Positions 26,373-38,347 of a stretch of 64,000 nt of DNA are shown here, piece by piece (positions within the stretch are counted from its first letter, which is position 1; each line of letters begins with the position of its first letter). A program made the translations under genes and the position numbers. The stretch lies in NCBI GenBank assembly GCA_002633005.1, contig NMRA01000513.1:200315-264314 (forward strand), in the 5' to 3' direction. The notes under the pieces were generated by a model that saw only the letters and a list, made by a program, of their open reading frames with translations, ran no database searches and was not told the origin of the DNA. The DNA is from Phoronis australis (taxonomy: Eukaryota; Animalia; Phoronida).

Positions 26373-27931
26373 TATAAACTCGGGCTCCGTCCAAACAAAT
26401 GGCGAACTTTTGAATCAGGTCAATGCTTTAAAACTAGTCTCAACTTGTTCTTTACTCAGATGAGAAATCCTTTCTGGGTTTGCAAAGAACTGAAAGGTTG
26501 TATCTCAAGACCAAGACCGGCGTTTAAAATGGCGCGCCGTGAAAACCGGATTGTGAAGCCTGATAAGAAGCAGTAACGAACTGTCATTTGTTTGAAACCC
26601 TTGACATTTTCATTTTCTTTCCAAATAAAATTTCATGACCAATTTACTAACATTCGTCTGATTAAAAAAATGGTTTTGTGATGGTAAGCGACTCCATTGC
26701 CGCTTTATCATTTCCTTCATGTACATAGGAAANAAACAAATGGCGAACTTTTGATTCAGGTCAATGCTTTAAAACTAGTCTCAACTTGTTCTTTACTCAG
26801 ATGAAAAATCATTTCTGGGTTTGCAAAGAACTGAAAGGTTGTATCTCAAGACCAAGACCGGCGTTTAAAATGGCGCGCCGTGAAAACCGGATTGTGAAGC
26901 CTGATAAGAAGCAGTAACGAACTGTCATTTGTTTGAAACCCTTGACATTTTCATTTTCTTTCCAAATAAAATTTCATGACCAATTTACTAACATTCGTCT
27001 GATTAAAAAAATGGTTTTGTGATGGTAAGCGACTCCATTGCCGCTTTATCATTTCCTTCATGTACATAGGAAACCGATACGCTCCTTAGAACATGTGTAT
27101 AGATGGTGAGAATGTACGCTTTTCTTTATGTTCGTGAGATCCGTTGCCGTGGGCTTTTGTTTAAATGCCTGATCAAAATATGCAAAGATACGTTAAAAAT
27201 TCATTTTGGAGGTGACTTCAGGTTTCGGAAGATCTACAAGCTCGCTATTTTTCCGTACCTAGCATGCGCGCACCCAGCCTAAAAATGGGAGGCTCGAATT
27301 TTTAATGTGGACCTTTGACGAGGTACCTTCAGAGCTACGAATTGTGCATTCTCCGAATTTTGGTAGTTCCTGCCTTTTTACGTTTTTGTCTCGTTTTCTA
27401 TTTTTTCGAAGTTTTTGTTTCTCTGCGGCAGACCTTTTTGCCCACTTCGCTCCCTGAGCCACCCTCCCGGGTGCGCGCATACCGATCTCATGAAATTTCA
27501 GGTCACATCGCATGAACGTAAAATTCTAAACCTACAAAGGAATAAGGCAACACCTGTAGCCTAAATCAAAGCTCGTTCTTAACATCTGTCAATTGAACTA
27601 TCACGTGATCAGCTCTTCTGCTTTAACTACATGGATTTAGGCATGCGCACCAATGTTTTGAAACAGTTTAAACAGTAAACCGAAAATCGCAGCTCTCCGT
27701 GATCTCACGTACACGCCCACTGCAAGGAAAATTCGAATTTCCCTTTCAATTACTTGCCATAATGGTTATTGTGTAACTCTATAATGACAGCCCTATGAAT
27801 TATTAATGCCCCATCTGCAGCCTAAGTATGACCGTGACAGTGCCGCACGTGCCGTGGCTAAAAGTGCACAGAATGTGATACAATTGACAATCTTGTTTTT
27901 GAACCTCTGTATCATAAGGCTCTAGACTTAC

Positions 27932-28002
27932 CTTGTAACCTCTATCTCTCTTTTTGGACAAAGACGTGTGGACTGGTGTCAATTTTGTACCGCGTTTTTA
28001 AA
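27932..28002 (-). promoter_or_regulatory. Candidate gene A core promoter and non-coding first exon
   Basis: Minus strand TTTAAAAA (28002-27995), CCAGT initiator-like ~28 nt downstream, perfect AG|GTAAGT donor at 27932/27931. It mirrors the gene B layout, but the TATA is non-canonical. Confidence 0.4.
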
Positions 28003-30000
28003 TGTTTTAGAACCTGGGGGATGCAGCATCTGCTAGAGCACGTTTTCTATATCATCACCCGGACTTTTTATCCAATATTAATCGCACATAATTTAGACCA
28101 TATATAATTAGCTAGAGTTGCTGCGATAATTGAGTTTAAGATTTACCAGCATAGCTGACAGAAATGTCACGGTATGCGGCAATTTCGGTGGAGTCTCCAA
28201 TGGTCCACGAGGCTTCGATTTTGTATTTTACAAATTACCGCGTACCTCTGTGCATGAATATTTTATACAGAATAAGAAATAGACTGTCAGAGGTACAAAA
28301 ATTTGCTCATAATGATTGGAAACTTTAATATTTATGATACCAACAAAACCGTCTTTTTATTCTTTATTTATATCTTATCTACCACGTCGGTAACGGCTTC
28401 ATCCCTATCGTGCGCTTTGTCTTTTTCATCACGCCTATGTCAGCCTTCACCACCCTGATAATTGAAAGACATTCGGGTATATGCAGGGTGATTCTCCAGA
28501 AAGATGCCTCAAACTCCTGCCATCAACATATATCTACTTGACTTAAGGACCAGAAAATTGCATAAATTGCATAAACCATAAAGCCTGCAGTTCCTAGCGG
28601 TCTATGGATAAACCTGCACAATTGCAAATAAAAGCTGTAAAACGCGCTGCGAAAAGAGTGTTCGTCGCTGCTCAAGACATTTTTTCTGCAGTCTGTCGAT
28701 ATCGCGCTCAACGAATGTGCTCCATATAGTAGCTTGTGTTTCTTGGTCGAAGGTACTGGCAAACATACTTCATTTAGAATTCAGTTCGGAAGATACTGCG
28801 CACCATCTAAATCTTCTATACAGGACATAGTGAATTCTACGCCTCCTCCTGCTTCGCTGGACTAAACGTAATGAGCTTCGCGGAAGCCACTGAGAAGCCG
28901 CCGACGGCGCTAGCATCAAAAAACGTCCTAAGCCAGCATGAGGTTAATTCATCGAAAAGGGAGTCTGCAAAATTCCTGCCTCTACTGTTTCGGAAGAATC
29001 ACCTTATTTATAAGTGTTGATGAGAATATTTTGAATAATCCTTTAACGATTTCGTATTCATTAAAATGTGGAAATTGATCGTAACCGTATCGGTTTTACG
29101 TTGTCTTCTAGGAGAGACTCCTTGAAGTTATTGGATGCTACTAAACCTACATGTATGAAACAGCAAAAGCGGTTGAGATTTTGTGATATTATTTGAAATC
29201 ACCGACAATTGAATTCGACGGTGTGACCTTAACAATTAAAAACTTTTAAAACGCTTTGCTGTTTGCCAGATTGACTTTTCCTCTTCTCGCCAAGTGGCGA
29301 ATTGCGACAGGGTCGAATCGATCTTGGGGCTTACAATATGCTGTCGCTGAAAATGTCACTTTATCCACCCAATACGAGAGGATTTTTTACTCTACGTTTA
29401 ACATTCCAAACCTTGCTGACACTGCGTACGTGCTCTTGAGCAGTTTTTCAAAACAAAAAAGAAAAACACTAGGCATTAGCGGAGAATCAAGCGGGTGTTT
29501 TGTTTCTCTTTTATTTAGTGATCGATATGTACAGAACGGAACCAGCAAAGCTTTTTGGTCTAATACAGTGTAAAACTTTTTTCGTCTGCTTCTGTTAACA
29601 TGACTGATGGAAACATTACGATTTTATCATTGTTATTACATAAAAAGCTGAGTTTATTGTTGTCAAATACATCGCTTTATAAAAGAATTGATTTTTTAAA
29701 GAAAATAAATTTACAGTGATTAGATTTAAAAATAAAAATGTCCTTCTTGGCAACTTATGTCAAGAGAGGCAAAATTTTATTCAGTATTACTTAATGGTGG
29801 AAATACGTGATTGAAACAAGATATAAAAGTATTCAATGTTATTGAAGGAAGACATAACTTATTTATTTATGGTTATTATATTTATTACAGGAACCTTTTG
29901 AATATGTTGAAAATGCGACTATTTGACAAAAAATAAGACATGTGCCAAGAAATATCCGAATCACTTGATGTGAGTAATTTTTCAGTTAAATTTAGACCAG

Positions 30001-30390
30001 GGCCCGGTCTCTAATCTTTGTACTCGAAACTATTTTTGGCAATTTCTCTGCTCCTTTTGTGCGAACTTAAGATAATTGGTTATCAGACTGTGCTCAAATA
30101 CATTATAGTTTATGCATAGGAGTTTCTAGTTCAAGTTTGCCCTTGAAGACCCTTATATTCGTGCTACAAACTCGAGTAAAAACTCGAAATTTCGAGTTCA
30201 AACTCCAACTTATTGCTATAATATTGGGTTTACAAACTGTGAACTAAGGGCAACAACTTATCTACGTAAGTTATTGTATACTCGAGCATAGAATAATAGA
30301 CACTTATCTTGAGTTCGCCCAAAAGTAGAGTAGAAAATGCCAAACCTAATTTCGAGTTCCATTTCGAGTAAAAAGATTGGAGACCGGGCC
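30001..30390. mobile_element. PIF/Harbinger-like MITE, 390 bp
   Basis: ~29-bp near-perfect TIRs ggcccggtctctaatctttgtactcgaaa / tttcgagtaaaaagattggagaccgggcc flanked by a 3-bp CAG direct repeat. Confidence 0.8.
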
Positions 30391-30687
30391 CAGGAACCTT
30401 TATGATGTTGGTCTCAATTTATTCCTTCCTTATTTATATTTGAAGTGCTTTGTGAGCTTGTGGAAACTGATCGAATGTTCGTTGTTATCTGTGATACATG
30501 TATGTGGCTAAAACTGGTGCTTAACAACGTGAGTAGTACATTTAGGGATTTTCAGGACAAGTTTAATTCAGAGGGACCTCGGTCAAAGGTCATAGATCGC
30601 AAAGCAAAGATAATAAGTGTAAAGGTAACTGAAAGGTCAACATTAATAACGGCAACAAAAGAGGGTCGTAAGTGTAACCGGGCGTGC

Positions 30688-30829
30688 GCTCAGTAACGCT
30701 AGGACGTCCGGTACCATGGGACCTAGCTCTATTCTAGCCACAGTAACGTGTTCTCAATAAAATACATGGCAATAACTCACGTAATATAGCGAGGTCTTGC
30801 AAATTGGCGAGGTCCTAGCGTTACTGAGC
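30688..30829. mobile_element. ~140-bp MITE with perfect 18-bp TIRs (GCTCAGTAACGCTAGGAC)
   Basis: 30688-30705 is the exact reverse complement of 30812-30829; related copies at 37834-37973, 38220-38347 and 47923-48029. Confidence 0.8.
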
Positions 30830-31083
30830 CGGAGGCAGGATTGATTACTGTCATCTGCAAACCGGAAGGAAGTGAAAATGAAGTCAACTAGTACCCTCTG
30901 ATACAGCGCCACCTATACTGCACTGTGATAGAGTGTAGTCAACTATTGGAGTCGGAACTTCCGTTCAACACGACAACGTGTAGCTGAATAATGACATCAT
31001 GATGTGTGTAAGGCGAGGCATCGTCCACCACCCTGATGGTAAAAAGACGTTATGTTTGAATATATTCCAATTGTATAAAATGT

Positions 31084-32836
31084 CATGTCGTGAACATATC
31101 CACTAAAAAAAGAAACTGTAGGAACACCGCATTTATCCACCTTCACTCTTATCAGGCTTCTATTGTGAGTCAGCATGCGTGAATAATTGGCTGATAAGCC
31201 ACCTCTGGAACTACTTTTGGCTGAATGGATGACCAGGCCATAAAATGATAATTAGCCAAGACCTGTTACTATAATGCAACAAAGAATAATGTCTTGCATC
31301 ACCTAGCCTTGGTGGAAAGCTGTATACTGTATTGGCTCAAACAAACGCTTAGAAAAATTCATTTCACAGGGAGGGGACGCTTATTGTAGTGAGCCTACGG
31401 CAGTTGAATCCCGGTTTCCCAAACGGGAAAAAATCGGAAGCTAGGATTCATCAAATTTACGCTCTGTGACGTATTTGTAGCCTATGACAGCCTTTCTACA
31501 AAATTGTGGTGCATTGCTATCAACTTCCGTTGTTAAATTACGATAATTTTTCAAAAAATTGTGCTCATCACAGGGCGAACACTTGCCGACTGATGCGTCG
31601 CTGAATCGCCATCGTCAATAGGAAAACTTGTACTCTTGAATAAAAATATAGTTTCGACTCAACAAATTACCTGAAATCTTCCTGATGTTTTACAATTTTT
31701 AAAGTTCATGTGGAGTCCAGATTAATTGCGATTAAGTCCAAATGTGCGCTACATCGTACTCCACAACAAGAGAAAAATCTCTGGATGAACACACATGTTG
31801 TTGTCACGTGACGTTTGTTTTGAAGGTCGTCTGTGTATGAGAGTGAGTGAGCGTGCGTGTGCGGGTCATCGACGATAGACTTTTTTGTTACAAAAGGCGG
31901 AGGATTATGCAAGAAAATGGCGTTTACTAGATTGTTTTTCACTTAAACGGCTGTAACGTGCAAGGTGAGTGCTGGTTAACTCACAGATTTTGTGTGCACA
32001 GGCCGACTGTCGTTAGCTCTGCCGTGGAGTATTAATAGTCCAAGGCTCGATCTACATGTTGGGGACGAAATGAACTACCCGGGCTGTGTGAAATTTCTGG
32101 GTCTAACGGAGACACTGACGCAGTGGTCAGCCAGCTCGCTGTATCAAGACTATAGTCAAAATCCAAATTCGTTTTATCGTGTCCCTGTCAATAATAACGG
32201 CATGCTAAAGCCTTCTTAATTTTCGTACTTCAGGAACATAACAATCACGTGTTTTGTACACATACGCGCACGCCGCAGATCACATCTCGGAAATTGCCGA
32301 TTTGACGGATGACAATGAATGAACACAATGAAATTAACAACGTCGTTTTACAGCTTGTAAGATTCATAATAAACGTATTTTGAATATTGCAATGCATGTG
32401 TTCCAAAATCTAAATAACTTGGGTCCTATATTTTTGTATTAGTGCGCGCCGAATGAAAGTAATCGTGAGTGTTGCTGTGTTGCAAAATCTCTTATCCTGG
32501 GCCGATTTGAAAAATTCAAAGTTGTACTCACATTTGTTTTTGCTCCTCTTTTCAAATATTACAGTAAAAACTACGTAAAACTCTCTCCATAAAAAGTAAA
32601 GTCTGCTAGCTAGATTGTAATCAGCTGATCATATCCGCATGAGCGAAGCCAATTGTCCTCGCTCGTGACTCGATCATGATGACTAGAGCAGCTTGGCGGC
32701 ATCCCTTTGATCGTGAGCCGAGCGCGACTCAGCCAAGGTGGATAAATACGGTCTAGTTCAATTTTCCATACCCCACCGTTTACCTTAACCACTGGGGTTA
32801 GAACCAATTTTATTTAGTGGGAATGTTCATAGCATG
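31084..32836. mobile_element. 1.75-kb non-autonomous TIR DNA element (copy 1)
   Basis: Imperfect ~22-bp TIRs catgtcgtgaacatatccacta / tagtgggaatgttcatagcatg, 2-bp GT direct repeat, second copy at 61401-63128 in a different flanking context. Confidence 0.75.
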
Positions 32837-34719
32837 GTAAATTCCGTTATTTTGTGTACACCAGCCCCCACATGTCTTCGTCGCCATTTTGTTCGGAGTA
32901 ATCGCCATTTGTTCCGTCTCAGCATCTTTGAACAACAGATGTCGTGTGTGACCATCACATGAAAGGGACTAGAATAATAATGAAATGTCGTAAAATAAAA
33001 AAGAAACCTTTTCGTTCTTTAAACGTGCAATAATGATAAGGCACATTCAGAATAGATTCACACTGCACAATCCTGCGCTCTGCAAGTATACATGTATAGA
33101 CAATACATGCACATACAATTGTCTGCAAGGGGAATATGCACGGCAGGCACGGCGCTTAAATCAATGTTAGAGTTATTTGTTACAGTTTGTACCTTATTGA
33201 TGCTAAGGGCACTAACTACTAGCCTATGACTACCTCTATCATCTAACTCACAGAAATGTTTCACCAAACTTTCCCGAATTTGCACAATTTTATATAAACA
33301 TGCCTTAGGTGGAGCATTGAGCGTCAAAACCATACAATGTACATGTAAGTAAGAACACACTGGCAGGGCAAAGCTTAAGCCCAAAGGTAAATTCGTCTGG
33401 ACCGATAAATTCGCCCTTACAGGATATCATTATTAGTGCAAATAAGACCATCATCAGTGTTAGCACAGATAACGCCGTCATCATCATTAATACAAATGCG
33501 ACTCATCAAATCATTAGCTCAAGTAAGACGTTTGGATCTATGAATTCTCTCGTTAATATGATGATTGCACGCTGCAATTGGGTTGTATCACTACATTACC
33601 CCCATGTATCCGAGTACAGTGCGCTCCTCACATATGATAGTTCGGGAGTGGACCTGGGATATGAATATGCATCACACTGCCGAGAACATGGAAACCGTGG
33701 ACCCAGACACAGTAACCATGAGGTTTAGCACTCGGTGAGTTACAGTGACTTAGCATATATCTAACTTAAGTGCTTGAAAAATTTTTTTCTAAAATTTTAA
33801 GTAAAATTTCTCAAAAAGTGAGTTTCAGATGATGTTATTTTAGATCTTTCAATTTTCACACTATTTGTTGCTTTCAAATGTTGTACAACTTGAGGTATCC
33901 TTTTGAAGCCCCCGTCCCCCAGCCCCTTCCCCCGCCCCTCCCCCATTTATTAATCTATACTGATTGGTGTTTCCGGTGGTTGTGGACCTTTAAATTATGT
34001 TTTGCGTGGGTGGTATCGAGTTTTCTGTTGTCATTTTGGTCAACGGTCTAATTTATACTGAAGATTCAAGACTCTTCTTAAACACTATTATTTTGCAGAA
34101 CCATCATCTAAAGTTTCATAAACATTACTTGTGAGGCAAGTTCATTTTATTATGAACATTTCTTATTTTTGTAATTATTTTTTGTTCTTTACGTAATCAA
34201 ATATTAACCTTTGTTTACTTAACTAACATTTGTATTATAAATGGCGATTATACACGTGGCAAATGCTTACTGGTTCTTTTGAGTGCATACACGCGTATTT
34301 ATTATTAGGGCGGAGATTTTGAAAACTGTATTGGGATGAAAGAGTTGATATTTCGTCTTTGTTTCCAAAATAACAAATCATACGTTCTTTTTTCTAGAAA
34401 TTTTTGCCATATTTAAAATGAATAGCTCTCCCGTTAGCATCCACACGATTTTTTTAAGATGGTGCCACCTTCAAAACCAGCCACCGTCATCAAAAGAGTT
34501 GTATTGTCGCCCCCTGTCGCTAGATTGTAAAAGCTCCTCTCTATGACGCTAAAGAGATTATCATTTGACAATTTCTTCCTTCAGTGTATTTCGTCCGAAT
34601 AACGGTCAATGCAGCTCATTCATATTATCAACTGAAATTCAAAATTATCCTCGCTGTACGTCCACGTGGTTGAAACTCATTCTCACAAGTGAGTATAAAG
34701 GCTTGTGTTCAAGCTGCTT

Positions 34720-35330
34720 TAGATGACGAAGTGATGTCATCAACCCACGAGTTGGGACGAATCCGGATATCCGGCCCACTTCTCGAGATACACGGTTTCC
34801 TTTTTATTCTTTGACGCGTTTTGAGGACGCTTTCCACCTTGGACGAGTTTCCATTGGCCTAGGTTTATGTCACCGTGATCATTCATCACTTTGTGTGCTG
34901 TCGGTGTACATGAAACCATTTTATCAAGAGGCCAGTTTGGTAAATATCCCTTCTTCAAAAGGACGCTTTCGGCCATGCTCATAACGACCCGGCGGCCTGT
35001 CTTAAATTTTGGTCTGGCACTGAGGTTGCACGTACGAACCATTTAAAAGTGTCTTCTAGTAAACTCTCTTGATTAGCTCGTGTGCCATACGAGTGTGTGG
35101 TTGTAAGACAACACTAGATCTTCCAATATATCAGTGAATCGTAAGGTTACTTAGTAGCTAAGACGAACTTTCACATTTTTTTCTACATGTATAAGTTCAA
35201 TATAAACGTTCGGCAATGCTTTTTTTTGTCTTCTCATTAGAAGATGTAAGAAACCATTGGCAACGTTTTCCTCTTTGAGAAACTTGTATAAGACACGATT
35301 CGCACACTGTCTTTTGACTTGGAGAGGGAC
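34720..35330 (-). pseudogene. Decayed Polinton/Maverick-type DDE integrase with C-terminal chromodomain (copy 1)
   Basis: Frameshifted reading ANRVLYKFLKEENV / SNEKTKKSIAERL / RFTDILEDLVLSYNHT / PKFKTGRRVVMS..KKGYLPNW / YLEKWAGYPDSSNSWV follows the motif order known for Polinton integrases. Confidence 0.75.
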
Positions 35331-37442
35331 TATTGCATCGCAGTATTCTCTAAAATATATACGTGAGAGCAGATGATAGTAAATCCCACTTGAACTTCAA
35401 CGGTGTGCGACGACAGATTATAGCTCGGCCAAGAACAAAGGATTTCCTCTAGGTGGCAGTAATAGCATGCACTTTCACTTATCACCTGAAAAGACAAGTA
35501 CCGGCCAAAGACGGTGGTGACACCACTGGGCATTTAATTGAATTATGACCTTTGTTGGCAGTGGTGTCTGAGACAACTTGAGGATTGGTGTAGTATCAAT
35601 CTAGAATGTACTTTAGTGTCATTACAAGTTTAAGCAACAACAGTTTTTTCTATGTTTTATATTGTGTAGGGCCTTGTCAAAAAGTCTGCGCAATAAGCCA
35701 AATATAAACAAATATCCTTATTATTTTTAGAACCACGAACAAGAGTGGACGAAGACGAGTGCAAGTGACGTTGAGTGACACCTTGTGGCGTCCAAAATGG
35801 GTTTCACCTTGACCGAAACCAAACTTAGGCCTGGTGACTGCAATACAGCAATTCCTCGGTCCAAGACGATCCCTGGTGCTGACTATGGAAGGTGAACTCA
35901 GAAAAATATGTGCACCGGTGCTACATAGACTTTTTAACTATACGTCGTATATAGGGAGAAGATCGAACACAAACTGAGCACTCTTTTTCGTCTCAGAAGA
36001 ATGATTTCGCGGGACTGACGTTATTGTCACTCTCCCTCTGTAAGGCCTACGGTGACTTATCGAAAAATCGGCTACTACTTTCTACACTGTGTATAATTGC
36101 GGACAACAGCATGTGCTGAAAAAATTCTTAAAGTCACATTTTGAATACGAAAAGTGTTTGAAATAATGTCACCCACTTACCACTGGAGGCCACGTCTTGT
36201 TTCAAGAAGACAATACCACCTTCAGGCTCCTCATAAAGGAGGCTATGGATGTACGGTTGAGTCACACTGAGCGCTAGTTGAATAGCAACACTGGTTCATT
36301 TAAGCTCCAACTGCTTTGATTTCTCAGTGGTGTATCCCCTCACAATGCCATTTTGATGTATACCTGTGTAGACTGTTCTTCTGTGTTACCTGACTGGAGT
36401 GTTGTGAACATTGTCTTGAGAATGGTTCACTGATAATAAACCGAAACGTCAACTAATACGATGTCTTTGTTTACGTATGCCCTGATTTTAAAATTGGTAC
36501 TCATATTTTGGCCAAAAACAAATGAAATGCCTTTTGTGTAAATCAGTTGGATATTATATACCAATTTAAAATTTAAAAGTAATCCACAGAAACGTATTGT
36601 AAGGACGGTTGCGACTGATTGTACACTGAGTTGGATGAAAATGGAGATCTACGTATAATTAGGCAAGTTATTTTCTCACGACTGTCGTTTCCAAAAATGA
36701 CAGTCAGCCTTTGATTTATAACTTAAACCATGATTTTAAGGTTGTCTTTGAACTCGAAATTTATATTTCAATCAACAATCTTTCCCGATTGTTTCTGCAA
36801 AGGTCTGCACGTCATCACTGCGGGTTGCTATTTCGAATGTGACGTGTTTGTACCCCGGCAAATTGCCTGTCAGTGACATGAATCGTTAATGAAAGGCGAG
36901 GAATATTTCGACGCCGATAAGATGAGAGTGAGAGGCCTTTTTCGATTTCCATTCCAACCAACTAAACGGCGCGATGTGCAACTTCAATAAACCTGATGTT
37001 TGTGTTTTATAATGAGGGAGAAATTTGTTAGAAATATTTGTCCTTTATTGAGCATTCCGTTCATTGTTTACCGTAACGCTTCGCCATCTAGTGGCACTTG
37101 ATTGAAACTTAGATTCTAGGAGATGGCGGAATAAAAGAAGGTGTTGTTTGTAACCTTTGTCGTTGTTTCGATTAAGGAACAGAATTTGTATATTGTTGAC
37201 TAGTATCACATTACTACACTTGTTTTCTTTTCTTTTTTAATGGTGTACTTTGGCCTGATGACTACGTGTACGTACACTGTATAAAGAGTGACGATGCCAG
37301 TAGAAAAGCAAGCACAGAACGAAATGTAAAATGTGATGTAGATAATTTCAGGTACATGTACAACATTTCCAGATATTAGATACTCAAATTATGATTGCGT
37401 GACAATGTAACGGGGTTGTAAAACATTGCGTTTTTAAACAGG

Positions 37443-37710
37443 GCTCTGTTTCATGAACTTAAGACTTAAGGCAGACAATTGTTTTTTTTCTCGTCTACTT
37501 GTAACCGAAAGAAAAGTTAGCCAAATGCTTAAGAGCACATTGCACTCTTGATCTAACTATCTCAGTAACTTGAAGTTTTGTATATATCATTCTCAGAGAA
37601 TTTACTTTTTTCTCAAATGATATTTTGTTATTTTTTATAAATAATTTGTGGAGTGTACATAAGACCAAATTTCGGACTTAAGTCTAAAGCCACGTTTCAT
37701 AAAACAGAGA
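37443..37710. mobile_element. ~270-bp MITE-like element (also at 60239-60501)
   Basis: ctctgtttcatgaa...gacttaag left end is inverted relative to cttaagtc...ttcataaaacagag right end. Confidence 0.55.
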
Positions 37711-37833
37711 GTCCTAGGACGGATCTCCCATCTCAGTTTCTGACACCATGTGGCTACAAACCTGCCATCAACTAAAACTTGATCGATCCGCGGAATGGGA
37801 GGCTTTTGAAGTACAAGTTTCTAACCTGGCGAG

Positions 37834-38347
37834 CGTTCAGTAAGGCTATGGCCTACGCTAGGACTTACCTAAAATCTAGCCGAAGTCACGTGCTCTAATT
37901 TAAAATACACTGCCATATCTCACGTAATCTCACAAAGTCTTGCTTTTTAGCGAGATCCTAGCGTTACTGAACGGGAGGCTGGCTTCTGATCACGTGAGAC
38001 TAGATAATAGAGGACGAGAAGGCAGTTTTACTTTTGCTTGAAAAGCACCACATCTAATCACAAACACTGTCAAAATGCCCCCCCCCCCATACCACCTGCT
38101 TCGAAGTAGAAGTGCCTCCTGGTAAGCTACCGTAGGTGGCGATAAGAATCACGGGTTCCAAGTGGCCAGTCCTTGTTGCTTTCTAAAACACAGTTTGTTG
38201 TTGCTTGAGTTCAGGTTCCCGTTCAGTAACTCTAGGATCTCGCTTAAAAGCAAGACTTCGCGAGGTTACGTGAGATCTTGCCATGTATTTTGAATGAGAG
38301 CACGTGACTTAGGCTAGATTTTTGCTAGGACCTAGCGTTACTGAACG
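37834..38347. mobile_element. Two copies of the ~140-bp CGTTCAGTAACGCTAGG MITE in inverted orientation
   Basis: 37834-37973 and 38220-38347 are reverse-complement homologues, each with its own TIRs. Confidence 0.7.

Noticed and set aside
26393-27073. ~340-bp direct repeat resembling LTRs or a tandem enhancer
   Set aside because: The copies abut across the N at 26733 and are near-identical; scaffolding overlap artefact.
36410-36452. Hammerhead ribozyme (cttgagaa-tggtt...aacc-gaaacgtc; also near 59184)
   Set aside because: It resembles Penelope-like terminal motifs but lacks the CUGANGA core correctly placed before stem II, and I could not form stems I and III.
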